Source of the DNA: Paraspadella gotoi
Lineage: Eukaryota; Animalia; Chaetognatha
Reading direction: 5' to 3'
Length of the DNA: 64,000 nucleotides
Assembly: GCA_051294375.1 (NCBI GenBank)
Contig: CM119263.1
Location: 9,230,432 to 9,294,431 of the forward strand
The notes under the pieces were generated by a model, which worked only from the letters and a program-made list of their open reading frames with translations, did not search any database and had not been told where the DNA came from. The translations under genes and the position numbers were made by a program. Below, one piece after another: positions 51,701-63,954 of this stretch (its first letter is position 1; every line of letters starts with the position of its first letter).

Positions 51701-54700
51701 ACTTTCATAATTTAGTTAATTTGCATAATTTGGTCAACTGGCATAATTTGGTTAACTGTCATAATTTGGTCAACTTGCCTAATTCGGTAAACTTGCATAA
51801 TTTTTAAAAATAATTTTTTCATGATTAACCATTATTTTATAAATCATAACATATTTTTAATAAATCATTAAAAAATCTTTCAAGAAGCAATCAACTTAAC
51901 AAGTAGCCAATTAATGATTTTGTCGTGAAGTATTGTGACGATGTAAGAGAAGTTGAAAAGGAGTGAGAGGAACTCTCTCCTGATCCACTTTTATCATCAC
52001 TGGCTTTACCTTATGGTCTCCTTGGCCCTATTGCTTTGTCCGATCAATCTAAGGTAATTGCCAAAGCTAGGGCAAAGTGACCGTGTGGATTGACCGGCTC
52101 GGAGAAAGAGGAGAGAGGATTTAGTGAGAGAGACGGTATACTACTAAGAAAAAAGTATATAACATTTTTAATAAAGGATATCTATTCTAAATTTTGTATG
52201 ATTTAAAAAAATTAGAATGTTTCCGGATCTACATTGAATTTCCTTTCAGTAGCTTCCTTCATTTTTTGTGAGTCACAATCATTTAGAAGTTACAGGCCAA
52301 TAAATATTGTTACTTCAAATAAAAAATGGCGAAAAAAATCATATTTAGTTTTCCTCCATTTTTGGTATTTAGTTATTTATTTTATTTTATTTGCACCTCT
52401 TTTTTGGTTCAAAAAAGTGCTATTATACTTTTTAGAAAATAGGGAAAGATATGCAACATCAATATCGGGTCTGAAAATAATTGCGTTAAAGATGTAAAAA
52501 AATGTTTCACTGTCATACCTCAATTTGCTGTATGAGAGCATGCCCAGACGAATGCAGGCAGTACTCGATGCAAGAAAGGGCATCTACCAATATTAAGAAT
52601 GTTTTACCCAAGTTTTGTGTACTTTTTATTAAATAAATGAATTATGTTATTACTTTTTTCCTAGATAGTAAGTCGCCTCAATTTTATCTGTGAGAAATAA
52701 GAGAGAGATAGAGAGAGACTTTAATAAAATTCAGTAAATGTGACTTTTGTTTTTAGTTGCGCCGTGAGTACTCGAGGAGCAGCTCTATAAGTCACTTGTC
52801 GGTCGGTCGGTCCATTGGTCGGTCCGGTATGTCTGTTCGTCATCTGTCCCACTTGGTTGCTCATTTGTTCAGACAGAAAAAAACTGAAATCTAAAAGACT
52901 GCAAGCGCCGCCTTCAGAAAATCCTAAAACTAAAAGGAATAAAAGACGGAATTTTATGCAGTGCAGGTCCTAAATATATGGTTAAGAAAGTTATTGTATT
53001 CATGAAGTTATGTTATGTCAGATCATGTCATATTACATCATGCATGTCATGTCACGAAAAATATACGTGATAAGGCAGATACTGCGGCACAACACATTTG
53101 AATTACCGTTCTTGTTCTATTTAAACTCATTTTTACTTGCACGATTCCATCGAAACTTTATAGCGAGCTTAATGACTCACTTTCTTACCCACACACAAAA
53201 TTTTATATCAGTTAATCTATGAAATTCTGAAAAAATAAAATAATTAAAAAAAGTTTAGGTAAATATGACTTGTTTTTTCTACCTAAACTCTTTTCGATTC
53301 CATCGAAACTTTATATTTAACACAATCACACACTTTCCTACCCAAACACAAAATATTATCTATCTATCCATCTAATTATGATTAATTTGTGTAATTATAT
53401 GTTAAATTAGTAAAAAGATTAAACTAAATGTGACTATTTTTTCCATTCAAAGTCATTTTCATTTCTTTTTTTTTATTGTGTACAAATTTGATAGAGTGAC
53501 CGATAGTCATAGAAAGAAAAAAGAAAGAAAGAAAAGAAAGAAAAAAGAAAGAGGCGCTACGTTGACGCTCGTGGCTAGGCAAAGTTTATCAGCTTTGAGG
53601 TAAAAGTTCATGTAACCAACTTGCTTGGTTAATGTAATAAATGTGACCTTAATAAAATAATCAAAGCATATAGATATTCATATACTTTTGCCAGCAAGAA
53701 ATCTGAATATCTCATGAACACAACAATCAATCAATTATGTAGACTCAGTAAAATAATAAGAGATAACGGAGAGTAATAATTAAATTAATAACTGCTGAGA
53801 TTTGAAGTCAGTTTTTAATTATTTTGATCTTTAAAATCGGATTCTAAGCTAGATGGAGATGAAACTTATGAATCAGCTATTTACTGATGATTAGAGTTGA
53901 TCATTTGTTTGATAAAACAAAAGTTAAAACAAGTAAAACGTTTAAGTTATTAAGGTTCTAACAAATAACAATATCTATAGAGTGGCGACATTAGCTGAGC
54001 AAGTAATTGTGGATGAGCTGGTTCAAATCCACATAATGCTGCAATGACTTTCTTTTTACGTGTATTTACCTGTGATCACATGACTAAATAACTAAGATAT
54101 TTATGTATAACAAACATCTTATTGTTGATCACTACTCTGCAAAGTTTCATTTGAAACAAGCAGACATTACATGAAATATTCTGCATTACTGATATCACTG
54201 ATCCTACTATATCGCCCTCTTCCGGCCACTTCCGTTTTTGAAAGCGCATCATATCCTTAATAAAATTCACACTTTTCTTCATTTTTTAAAGAGAGAGAGA
54301 ATGAAGTAAAAAAAGGGAGAGGTTATAAAAGAAGAAAGAAACAAAGAGATAGAAATAAATACGAGAAAACTTAGACGACCTCAGCAAAATTTAAAATTAC
54401 CTAAATTTCTTAGGACGTCTCCCTATTTAATCTGTATAGTTAGGTAAAAATTATTACTACGTCTCTGATTTTTTCAGGCAATAAAATACTACCAATTCTA
54501 ATATACCTTACAAAATTTGACTTGAAAATTCGTGTTATTGCAGTTTTTAGAAAAGTTTAAAAAATAGGTGTTTTTAACCATTTTTAGGGCTTTTTTGGGG
54601 CTGTATTTCGTTGAAGGGTTGTCCAAATTTGAAAAAATTTATATATTTGTAATCAGTAACATTTCACCAATAGTTTGGCATAAACATTTTTTAAAAAAAT

Positions 54701-56539
54701 ATTATTTATCAAAAAATCATATTTTGTAGTAATATATTAAAAATCACTATTTAGTTAATTATAAAAAAAATTATAATTTGATTACAGGAATAAAATTGCC
54801 TATCAATCAACTATTAATTTCTATAATAAAAAGTTTAATTAATAAATAAAAAATAAATAATAAGCTAATTATTAAAATTAGCAACTATGCATTAATTAAT
54901 AAATAATTATTTTTTTTCAGCCTAACACTTTACCATTAGACCAAGAAATGTTAGATTAATTTTTACTGAGAAAAAAAAATATGTCGTTCAAGTATTTTGA
55001 GCACAGTATGCAAATTAAATTTTTTAAAAAAAATGATGGTCAAAACAAAACTTCAAAATTTTTTTTTGAAATATAGAATGGGGAATAGACCATACCGAGT
55101 TCCATCCCACACATGCATATCAAGTCATTCCATTCATTAATTATAGAAGATATAGCTTCCCTGGACTTATGAATGAAAGCGAAGACCGGTACTGTATATT
55201 TTTACCTTTTATAAAGATTATTTGTATGTTTTAAATTCTGAAATTAAATAAACTTTTTTGGCTGTAAACAAAACAAAATACTCATTGATCTTAAATTCTA
55301 AACCTAACAAAAATAAGTTAATTAAAAAATTAGGCTTATGCTCGAGAAGTGTTTGGTCGCCCAAATTATTGATTGGTTGATTTATTTATTAATTAATTGT
55401 TTATATTTGTTGTGCGTTGTAACGATTGATTGCTTTCATTTATTTTTTTGATTAATTCTCCAGTTTAATAATTAATTACATTGCGAATTTAGTGACCTTA
55501 TGAAAGATCCCCATTACCTGGGGGCCTCAAGATGCAGAGGGACAACAGATCGCACGCCGCAACTGCCAGCGTCCCGTTGGCGTGAGCCTGCGTCACCAGA
55601 TCCGAGTAGTTGCGGACCGTGCCCTCGGTGTCCGGATACTGCACCAGCACCCCGCCATATTCCCTGCCGCTCAGATCGAGCTGTTGATAATCCCCTCTGA
55701 TCACGCTGACTCCCAGAGACGTGGCTCGCGTCTCCACCACCGCCAGCGTCTGCGGATGCACGCGCTCGTCGATGAAGAACTTGAGGCGTTTGTTGTGCCT
55801 GTAGCAGAGACCCATGGCCTCCGCGGCGCCGGTGCCTTCGTCGAGCAAGGAGGCGTTGGCCACGTCTAGACCCGTCAAGCTGATAACCATCGTCTGCCAG
55901 TTCAGCAACGACTCAAGCCGGCCTTGCGCGATCTCCGGCTGGTACGGCGTGTACTGAGTCGTCCAGCCGGGATTTTCAAACACGTTGCGCAGGATGGTGT
56001 GGGGGACCCGGCAGTTGTGATAACCCATGCCGATGTAGGAGCGCCACATCTTGTTTTTGGCAGCGATGGCCTTGATCTTGCGAATGAGCTCGTGCTCGCT
56101 CACTGGAGGCTCCAGGTTCAGCTCTCGACCGAGAACGATGCTCTGGGGGACGGCGAGACCGATGAGCTGGTCGAGGGAGTCAACGCCGATCACGTCCAAC
56201 ATTTCCTCGCGTTCCTGTTTAGTGGGACCGATGTGTCGTCTACGGAGAAAGGGGACATGGAGGGGGGGGTGAGTGACGAGCGGAAATCTTAAAAGAAGGG
56301 TATATTGACCGCATTATTAACTCACCGTCAACGACTTACCTCGGAAAATAGTCTCTCGTCGGGAAAATGGCTTCGATCGCCGAACTGGCCGACGCGCACG
56401 CGCGGACTTGCGTGTGTTCGATAGCACGCGAGAGCAACGCGGCGGACGTTCGCGATGACATGGCGCCATCTTGCAGCGCCAGCAATAGGCGCCGGGCTTG
56501 CAAGAAACGCCTCGGCGCCGCTAATTTTGGACCGGACAT
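45713..56539 (-). CDS. GLDC: Glycine decarboxylase (glycine cleavage system P protein), 5 coding exons, ~1043 aa
   Basis: Exons 56539-56340, 56239-55518, 48571-48274, 47828-47138 and 46933-45713 total 3132 nt; all introns are GT-AG and phase-consistent. Transit-peptide-like N-terminus ([17 protein letters not shown]...), then [70 protein letters not shown] and the PLP-lysine motif [19 protein letters not shown]. Confidence 0.97.
51400..51802. repeat. 18-bp minisatellite, ~22 degenerate copies (consensus CATAATTTGGTCAACTGG)
   Basis: ATAATTTGGTCAACT recurs at ~18-bp period, inside the TIR element. Confidence 0.9.
52501..52596 (+). pseudogene. C-terminal fragment of a Tc1-family transposase
   Basis: Translates as [31 protein letters not shown], matching the Tc1 C-terminal motif L..SMPRR..AVI.AKG..TKY*. 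Confidence 0.75.
52750..52850 (+). mobile_element. Possible Helentron/HINE (DINE-1-like) 5' end
   Basis: TTTTTAGTTGCG...CAGCTCTATAAG followed by a (GTCG)n microsatellite, an arrangement typical of HINEs. The 3' end was not identified. Confidence 0.3.
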
Positions 56540-56677
56540 GATGATACTGTAGGGGAAGTTGACCAGGAGCGAATTGTGCAGCTAAGGACAACATGGGGGG
56601 AAAAAAGGGTATTGTGACGCCTCAATATATACATTATACATAACATTAGTAAATATAAATGTCCGAGTCGATTTCAG

Positions 56678-56727
<50 letters not shown>

Positions 56728-57140
56728 TTATTTAAAAAAAAAACCAAACAAATAAGTGCTCAGGTAATTATAAAACAATTACGATCACTTAATCTAAGAT
56801 TGATTTATTCTTTTTTGCATAGAAGAAAAAAACAAGATTAATCACCAGTAAAACAGTTCGTAAAACTTACGACGTGAACCACTCAAACTTGATTTATTTA
56901 ACATTGATAGTGTTTTTTTAAAAAAAATGTTATGGTTAATTAGATAACTTCTGAGTCTTTTCGAAGACATTTCACAATCATTCTTGTACAGACTCGTTAA
57001 CCAATGACATAGTTTTTTTCATAAGAAGTTCAGGAATAATAACGAACAGTGATTACAAAAAAGATCATTACCATTAATTCACATGAAACTAATTATAAAA
57101 AAAAAATGTGAGTTTCGAACCGGCACGGATTTTATCTCAC

Positions 57141-57256
57141 CTCCGAAACGTCGAGTTCCGTGAAGTAAAATGACTTCTTCTCCTTTTCGACCTTTGTGCT
57201 CGTCACGTGATTGCGAACGAGGCGGTCACGTGATAGTGAACGAGGTAGTCACGTGA
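57141..57256 (-). promoter_or_regulatory. Putative GLDC promoter and non-coding first exon with three tandem GTCACGTGA E-boxes
   Basis: GTCACGTGA at 57202, 57225 and 57248 (23-bp period). On the minus strand there is an Inr-like TCATTT near 57170, a GAG|GTGAGA donor near 57140 and a CTACAG acceptor near 56548, just before the ATG. Confidence 0.5.
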
Positions 57257-58062
57257 TCGCAAAAAAAGGTAGCGGTAGAAGTATTATGTCTTTTTCCCCA
57301 AACGGTAGTTTAGGGTCCTTGGCGCCGCGCCCTGTCAAACGACCATAAAAGTTACCTTAATACGGAGAAAGAAAGATTACAAAAAAGTAATCAAACTTCT
57401 AAAACAGGTTCTCTTTTTTGTTTGCTCTTTTTTTTTTTCACCGACGTTCGATTCGTAATGATTAAAGTTGATAACCTGTCGGCTAAAAAAACAGAGACGG
57501 GACCGAAGCTTGTCGCGGCGATCATTCGGTTTTTTTTTTGTTTTTTTTCGAATTCGAGTTTCGTCCGATGACTTTTTTTCTAAATTTGAAATTGGCCAAG
57601 AGTTCGTGGAACGGAAAGTTGGGTCGTATAAGATGAGTGGCTCGTAAAAATATCCGTCAGGCGGCAGGACAAGTCGAGGACGATGTCGAATTGGCGTTCT
57701 TGATTCCGATTTGATTCGTAGCTAATTAAGTATTTGGATTTTGAGTTTGAGGGTTTCTATTACGATGGAAAGAGGAAGTTTTGTTTCGTTTCTTCTTTTC
57801 CAGTTTTCAAGTTTTTCGTCATGAACATCAAACTAAAAAAATAACAAAATATGAGACGGAACTAAAATGACGTGCATGTAGGACGTAACTGTTGTAACCA
57901 ATAGAAAAAAATGTTTAAAAATTATAATCATGCAATGACAAAAGCTCAAACATAATATAACACCACCAAAAAAATTGCAACATTTATTGAGAAAAAGAAA
58001 GTAACTTTCAAAGGGGAATGACTCCGGACAGGAAAAAAAAAGAATGAAGTAAAACTAATATA

Positions 58063-58093
<31 letters not shown>

Positions 58094-58370
58094 TGTTTCC
58101 ACGAATAAAAGAATAGTTGTTATCGAGAGACTCGTTTCAAATTGGCCCCACCTTTGACTTTGAGGAAAGTTTCACGCGAGGGTCAACGGTCGCCGACGCC
58201 GTCTCTCAGGTCAAATTAGATCATGCTGCGTTACGTTTTCTTTTTTTTTTCTTATCTTTTTTTTTTAATTTTTCTTCCGGTTCGAACGTTTGTAAGCGAC
58301 GTATCTATGTTGTTAGGCTTTTGCGACTTTTTTTCCCCAAGATGAGACATGAATAAAATTAAAAATCATT

Positions 58371-58426
<56 letters not shown>

Positions 58427-60660
58427 GAAAGAAAAAAAAGAAAGAAAGTTTTAGCGATAGTTATCAAAATAAAAATTGAATTATTTTCTTTGGTAGTGTT
58501 AACGAGAGAGAGAGAGAGCGAGCAGACCCGACGACCTTCTAGCTCAGAAAAATATAATTTGTCAAGGTCAAAAGAACAATGACCTCAAAAAAAAAAAAAA
58601 ATAGCGTTTGAATTAAATAACAAAAAAGCAATAATGTTCATCAATAAAACTTTCAAGAAGTATTTTGAAAAAATAAAGTTTCTACCCAGACGAACAATTG
58701 ACCTAATTTCGATTTCGTCCTCTTTTTTTAAACGATCTTCGTGTAACGATTACAGCAATAAAAATACGGCGATCTCGGTGTTAAAAATTTTTATGGAAAA
58801 CTTTATGTTGTGGAATGTGGTATCTGGAGGGTGAACGAGTTTGAACAAGAAGTAATGGAGAAACATGAGGCCCTGGATCACGACGACGACGACGATGAAG
58901 ACGACGAAGACGCACGAACTCACGAATCTCGCCGATGATTCGATGTTTAAACCAAAAAGTTTAAACATCATCAAAGAACAGATAATAAGGCTGTCTTCCC
59001 TGTTTTTTCGACTGGCGTATTTATTTTTACGTAGTTACATTGTATTATTACTCTTAAGTATCTATATCGTTTATTCGAGGTCAACCCAAGGTCGCCGAGT
59101 AGTTGTTCAATGTCGCCAATTCTTTTGTTTCACTATTTCGTTTTAAGGTTCATTAACTTTTTATTTGCTACAGCTCAGAAAAATAGTGCTCATTCTTCTC
59201 ATTCCCATAAGAAAATCGGCGCGTCTGTAAACATAAATTATTTTATTTTTAATACGTTAAATATGAAATTAAAATCATATAAATATACGCAGCGGCTGGA
59301 CAGTATTTCGGGTAATAAAGTAGTCAAAGAAAATCGCCACTGATAAAAAAGAGAAAAGTAGCTTAAAGGGTCGCCCCAACGACCAGCGCCGATCTCAACT
59401 GGATGAAACCGGCTTCATTGATGCTCTACTTATTTTTTCCCCTCGATATTTTTTTTTTCGTTTATAATTAGCTTGGCGCTTCGAATACCGTCGGGTTCCT
59501 GGGCATCCCATATAATTTTACGAGAAAATAATTATGAAAATTATTTATTCATTCACTAAACAAGCTATCGTGCCTCTGACTTTCGAAAAGCTATGGTGTT
59601 TAAGTGTGGTTACACTAATTTTACTAAATTTTATCTTTAAAAAACTGTCTGTATTTTTATGTTCGATAAAAACGAGATAATGCAATTGGTTTCTTTATTT
59701 ATTTCGTTTTTCTTTTATTTCTTCTTGTTTCATACTTCCGTTCCTTTCTTAATAATTTATTGATTTTTGAAAAAAATAAATAGAAACGACTGATGTTCTT
59801 TGTTTACAAAAAAACATTGCTAGATTTTTGGTTACATATTATAAAAAAACTTAACCTCCGTTTAAATATTGTAAAAATTTCCCTTTCTCTCTCTCTTTCT
59901 TTAGCCTTTTTACGGAGTTTCTCCTCGCTATTTAAAAAGAAATATTTATTGCCATTAAATTTACTATCATACCAGTGGTATAACGAGATTCTGCTGCTGT
60001 CTCCTTGAAAAGTTCATTTGTACTTTTAGAATCTCATTGTTCTCAAAAGGTGGCGCATAAATCCAAAAAGGTTTCTTCACACAAAATAAAAGAACAATGT
60101 CTTCATCTCGTCCTAACATTTTAAGTTTTATTACTTAATAACCTTGGGCTCTAAGCAAAAACTATAAAAAAACTACTAATATATATATATGTAATATATG
60201 TATATTACTAAATTTTTTTTGTTCTTGCTTGTAAAAAAAACGAATTAATCAAAACTGCCTATGTCATTCTTTTATTATATTTTTTCTAACAAAAACAATA
60301 CATCCAATACAAAAATATATCTTAACACGAAAAAAATCGCAATATAAAGTTCTAAACAGGAAAATAACACCGTGAAAAGTTCAAAACATAGATCAAGGCG
60401 ACTGAATCAACTCAGCGCATGAAACAATAACTCAACTGTACATTCCTAAAAGAATAACGACAGAAAAAGATGATTTGATAACCAGATAAAAAGTCATAAA
60501 AATTTGAAACGTTTCCGCAATATGACTTAATTAACCAACTGTTTATATATGTGTAGTCCTTTATTTATGCGTATTTTTTTATCATTGGAATAATGACGTT
60601 TAAAATTAAACGAATAAATTTCACGTTATCGACTTTCAAAAAGTCGGAGGAGAGTCGTCA

Positions 60661-63030
60661 TCAACAAGCGGCGTTTTCGTTCAGATTTAGGGTTCGTTCG
60701 TATTCCCTGAGTTGCTGCATGAATCCCGCATTGGGTCGCACCACGGGCCGTTTGGAACGAACGAACTCGAGCGCCTCGTCGAGGGGCAAGCGAAGGGTCT
60801 TCATCACGTAGGCCGTCACTACGGATCCGGCTCTGAAGAGGTCGTTGGAGAAAGGTTTGAGCTATGAGCATGAGATGAGGACTTTACGACTTTACTTGAA
60901 GAAAACAACACTTGTGATTGACAGAAGAAATAAAAATTAATAACATTTTAATGAAACAAGTTTCCTTATTTAAGTAGATATGAACGATCGAATGGTTAAA
61001 AGCGGTCGTGGGAAAGTGAAAAAAAAAATTTTAATTAGATAAATTAGGTAATATAAAATTGAACGACGTGACCTTTTGTATGTTAACATTTTTTAAAAAA
61101 ATTTTTCTCGAGTTTAAAGACAAATGGTGTAAAAGGTTCTCTCGGGAAAGTTTAATAGCTACAATAAGCCACATCTTAATTTAAAATATCACAAATAAAT
61201 AACCGATGAGCGTAACAATCTATAGGAAAAAAAAAGTCAAAGACTGACTCATCATCGTCACAAAATCAATATATCATTCCCCAGTATTGTTCAAATTCAA
61301 TTCAAATTCTCTCAAAATTATTACATACTATGGCAACAGCCGGGTTGCCTGCGATGCCCATTGGGATGGGGCATTTCACTGTTGGCTTTGGGGGCTTCCA
61401 ACCCTCAGTGACGCCTCCAGTCACTGGCGCGGTTACCCTAGGACGGTCTCGCTTTGCCAACGCAGAGTGAAGTCGTTAGGACTGTGGATGGAACACTACG
61501 ATTGGGATGGTGTGTTCCCCCTCTGAGCCAACGGATTTGGACATGAGGCGGTGTGAATATACCGCCACAATATGATCTTTGATCTGCATCCCTCAACTAC
61601 GGAGTCGTAAGAAGCTAATAGATCTCCCTTTTTTACAGTACACAGAAATGCAATACGATTTAACATACATACTGTTCTGGCTTTACCTGGAGATCCCCGC
61701 GTTGCAGTGAACGAATACGACGCCCTTGGCTTGGATGGCATCGTCGATGAACTTGTTCGTCTCTTCGAAGTGATTAGAGATCTTGGAGAGGAGGAAGAGG
61801 AGGAGGAAGGAGTGGAGGAGTAAATAGAAGAAGGAGAAGGAGAGGGAAATGGCGAAAAATATACTTTTCCTGCCAGCTCGTAAACGTTCACGTCAACATA
61901 ATTTTTATTAGAAGAAAATAACGAGAATGAGCTATTTTTAGGAGCAAAAGTTGACACCAGTGTCTTTTCAAGTGTTCTAACCTGAAATTCGGGAATGTCC
62001 CTGGCCTGAATGGTTTTGTAGACGAGCCTATCCTTGAAGAAATCGTCGACGAATGACGCCAAATTGATCACGTGAGTGACGCCGGACGCCAGTAGGTGAT
62101 CGAGTGACGCCGCAGCGTCTTGTGAACCTAAGATTTTAAAAATAAACTAATAAAAAAATGGGCCTGTCCGGGAGTCGAACCCGGGACCTCTCGCACCCGA
62201 AGCGAGAATCATGCCACTAGACCAACAGGCCTTGGTGACTCAATGATATTGAGAGTTAAATATAGATCGTCGTGAAACAAAGGATAAGTCGAAGCAAGAA
62301 GAGAGAAAAAAAGACAGACAGAGAGGACGAGGCTGGGTGTTACGTGTTAAAGATTACATTCATATAGAGCAATAACAATACTAGTTTTAAGAAAAAAGAA
62401 AGAAAGTGATTGATTTGATTAATTTATTGGTTTATATATATATTTACTGAATAATTAAATTTATAAATGAATAAATGAATTTCACCCATCGTCAATCCGG
62501 GCAGAATTTTGACTACGTCTGAGTCGGGATCAAGATCGTGAATGAACCAAGTCCTCGGCACCGTGAAACTCTTGGCCCGGCACGGCGCCGCCGGAACCTT
62601 CTTCTCATCCGCGCCGTTTTCTTTCGTCGACGAATCTTCGGCGCCGTTAATCGAAGCGCTCTTAGAAACCTGAGAAGTTTTCAATAAACATTTATTTCAA
62701 ACGTATTTTTATCTACATCATACTATAAACTTCATAATATAAGAATTTTTCTCTTGTCTTTTTTCATATGCAGTTTGTAACTTCGTTTAGTTCTTTAGTT
62801 CCTTTAAATATTTTCACAAAAAGGTTATATTTATGAAGGTGATTTTCACATTCAAATTACGTTTTATCCTTTAAAGTGAAAACAACATCTGATCCACATC
62901 CGCTCTGACTCACCTCGGACGCCAACGCCGACTCCTCGACGTAGACGCGCCCCTCGAAGGTCGTCACTCTCGTCTCCGTCGTTTTGAGGAGCGTCTTGTC
63001 GAAGGCGACGAGCTGTTGGAGGAACGCCAT
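60661..63030 (-). CDS. DUSP19: Atypical dual-specificity protein phosphatase, DUSP19-like, 5 exons, ~237 aa
   Basis: Exons 63030-62914, 62669-62486, 62127-61982, 61781-61687 and 60832-60661 total 714 nt with GT-AG, phase-consistent introns. N-terminus MAFLQQLVAFDKTLLKTTETRVTTFEGR resembles the DUSP19 N-terminal motif. Also GSQDAA...GVTHVIN, catalytic VFVHCNAGISR (split by intron 4) and AYVM...RPNAGFMQQL. Confidence 0.88.
61329..61569. mobile_element. 241-bp copy 2 of the same element, inverted relative to copy 1, in DUSP19 intron 4
   Basis: Same ends as copy 1. Flanks are ATAC/ATAT (4-bp TSD with one mismatch). It differs from copy 1 by a few substitutions and a ~14-bp deletion. Confidence 0.85.
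62160..62231 (-). tRNA. tRNA-Pro, anticodon CGG, in DUSP19 intron 2
   Basis: Minus strand reads GGCCTGTTGGTCTAGTGGCATGATTCTCGCTTCGGGTGCGAGAGGTCCCGGGTTCGACTCCCGGACAGGCCC (72 nt). Acceptor stem GGCCTGT/ACAGGCC, anticodon stem CTCGC/GCGAG and T-loop TTCGACT are intact, and a T7 Pol III terminator follows. Confidence 0.96.
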
Positions 63031-63954
63031 CTCTTTGACTGTTGGAGAAGATCTAAGGCACGCCCGTTGTGGTGACGAGGTATTGCAGCGGCGAAGTCGT
63101 TTTCGGGTATCGGGTTCATCGAACGGATGATATGAATGACGATATGAATTATGTTGTTATCCGGAGAATTTTAAAAAAAAACTAGACTACGAGAACAACG
63201 ACGACGACGACGACGACGACGCCTCTTTTGTCGGAAAGTCGCGACGTAGATGAGATTTACGATGATGGCGTGATGTTTGTCACGATATATTTTGCGCCGT
63301 CATTGCGATAAGATTCGCTCTATTTTTAGAATCATGTCTCATCCAAGTTCTCGGTTGTTTTTTTTCGGCCGTTTGTTCTCATTGGTGGTTGAGCGATTCA
63401 CGTTTATCGATTCTGATTTTTTTTTGTCAGTTGTTTTTTGTTCAGTTTTGTTTTTTGATTTTTTTGGTGTGTTTTTTGGATAGTTTTTTCCAGATTTTTT
63501 TGTGATTTTGAAGAATATTAAGATTTAAAACTAAAGTTGACCGAGAATAAAGACACTGTTAACTCCACGTTTAAAAATCCCAAAACTAACCCATTTTCCT
63601 ACCCGAAGAAAAACCGCCTGAGCCTACCGCCTTACCCAGAGTCCCGAACTGGAGTCCTTTGGCCGTTTTTCAGCCACGACAAATGACAATTTGTCTGGAT
63701 TTTTCGATCCCCACCCTGTAAACAAACTCTGAGAGAATAATCTTGTCAATCGTGGACCGGCCCGGCGGATAGGGGCGCTTCCAGGGCCTCCAATTTCAGC
63801 GCTTCGAGGATCATTGCGTTCAAACGTTTGCTCTTCTAATTATAGAAAAAAAAATTGAAAAAGAAAAAACAATCGGTCGGAGTCGGAGCGTGGGAGTGAA
63901 CGAGAACGGAAGGAAAGGTCTAAAAATACCAAAAAAATATAAAAAGATCAATTT

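Larger units (their letters stand above)
48625..55194. mobile_element. Tc1/mariner-type DNA element with long (~0.8 kb) TIRs in GLDC intron 2, TA target duplication
   Basis: TA|CAGTACCGGTC at 48623 and GACCGGTACTG|TA at 55196. 50140-~50969 is the inverted copy of ~54396-55194. The left end runs into a 100-N gap after 35 bp. Confidence 0.75.

Noticed and set aside
51400-51802. CRISPR-like appearance of the 18-bp array (and of the 21-bp array at 2456)
   Set aside because: Units are head-to-tail with no unique spacers, there are no cas genes, and the context is eukaryotic.
52604-52616. TTACCCAAGTTT resembling nematode SL1
   Set aside because: Only a 12-nt match, with no donor site, Sm site or SL RNA structure.
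44158-56539. Bacterial contamination or recent HGT of a gcv operon
   Set aside because: GLDC has spliceosomal introns, both proteins have transit-like peptides, the order is P then H, and no gcvT is present.
63055-63064. TAAGGCACGC matching the miR-124 5' end (also TGGCAGTGT, miR-34-like, at ~43805)
   Set aside because: The remainder does not match and there is no precursor hairpin; matches this short are expected by chance.
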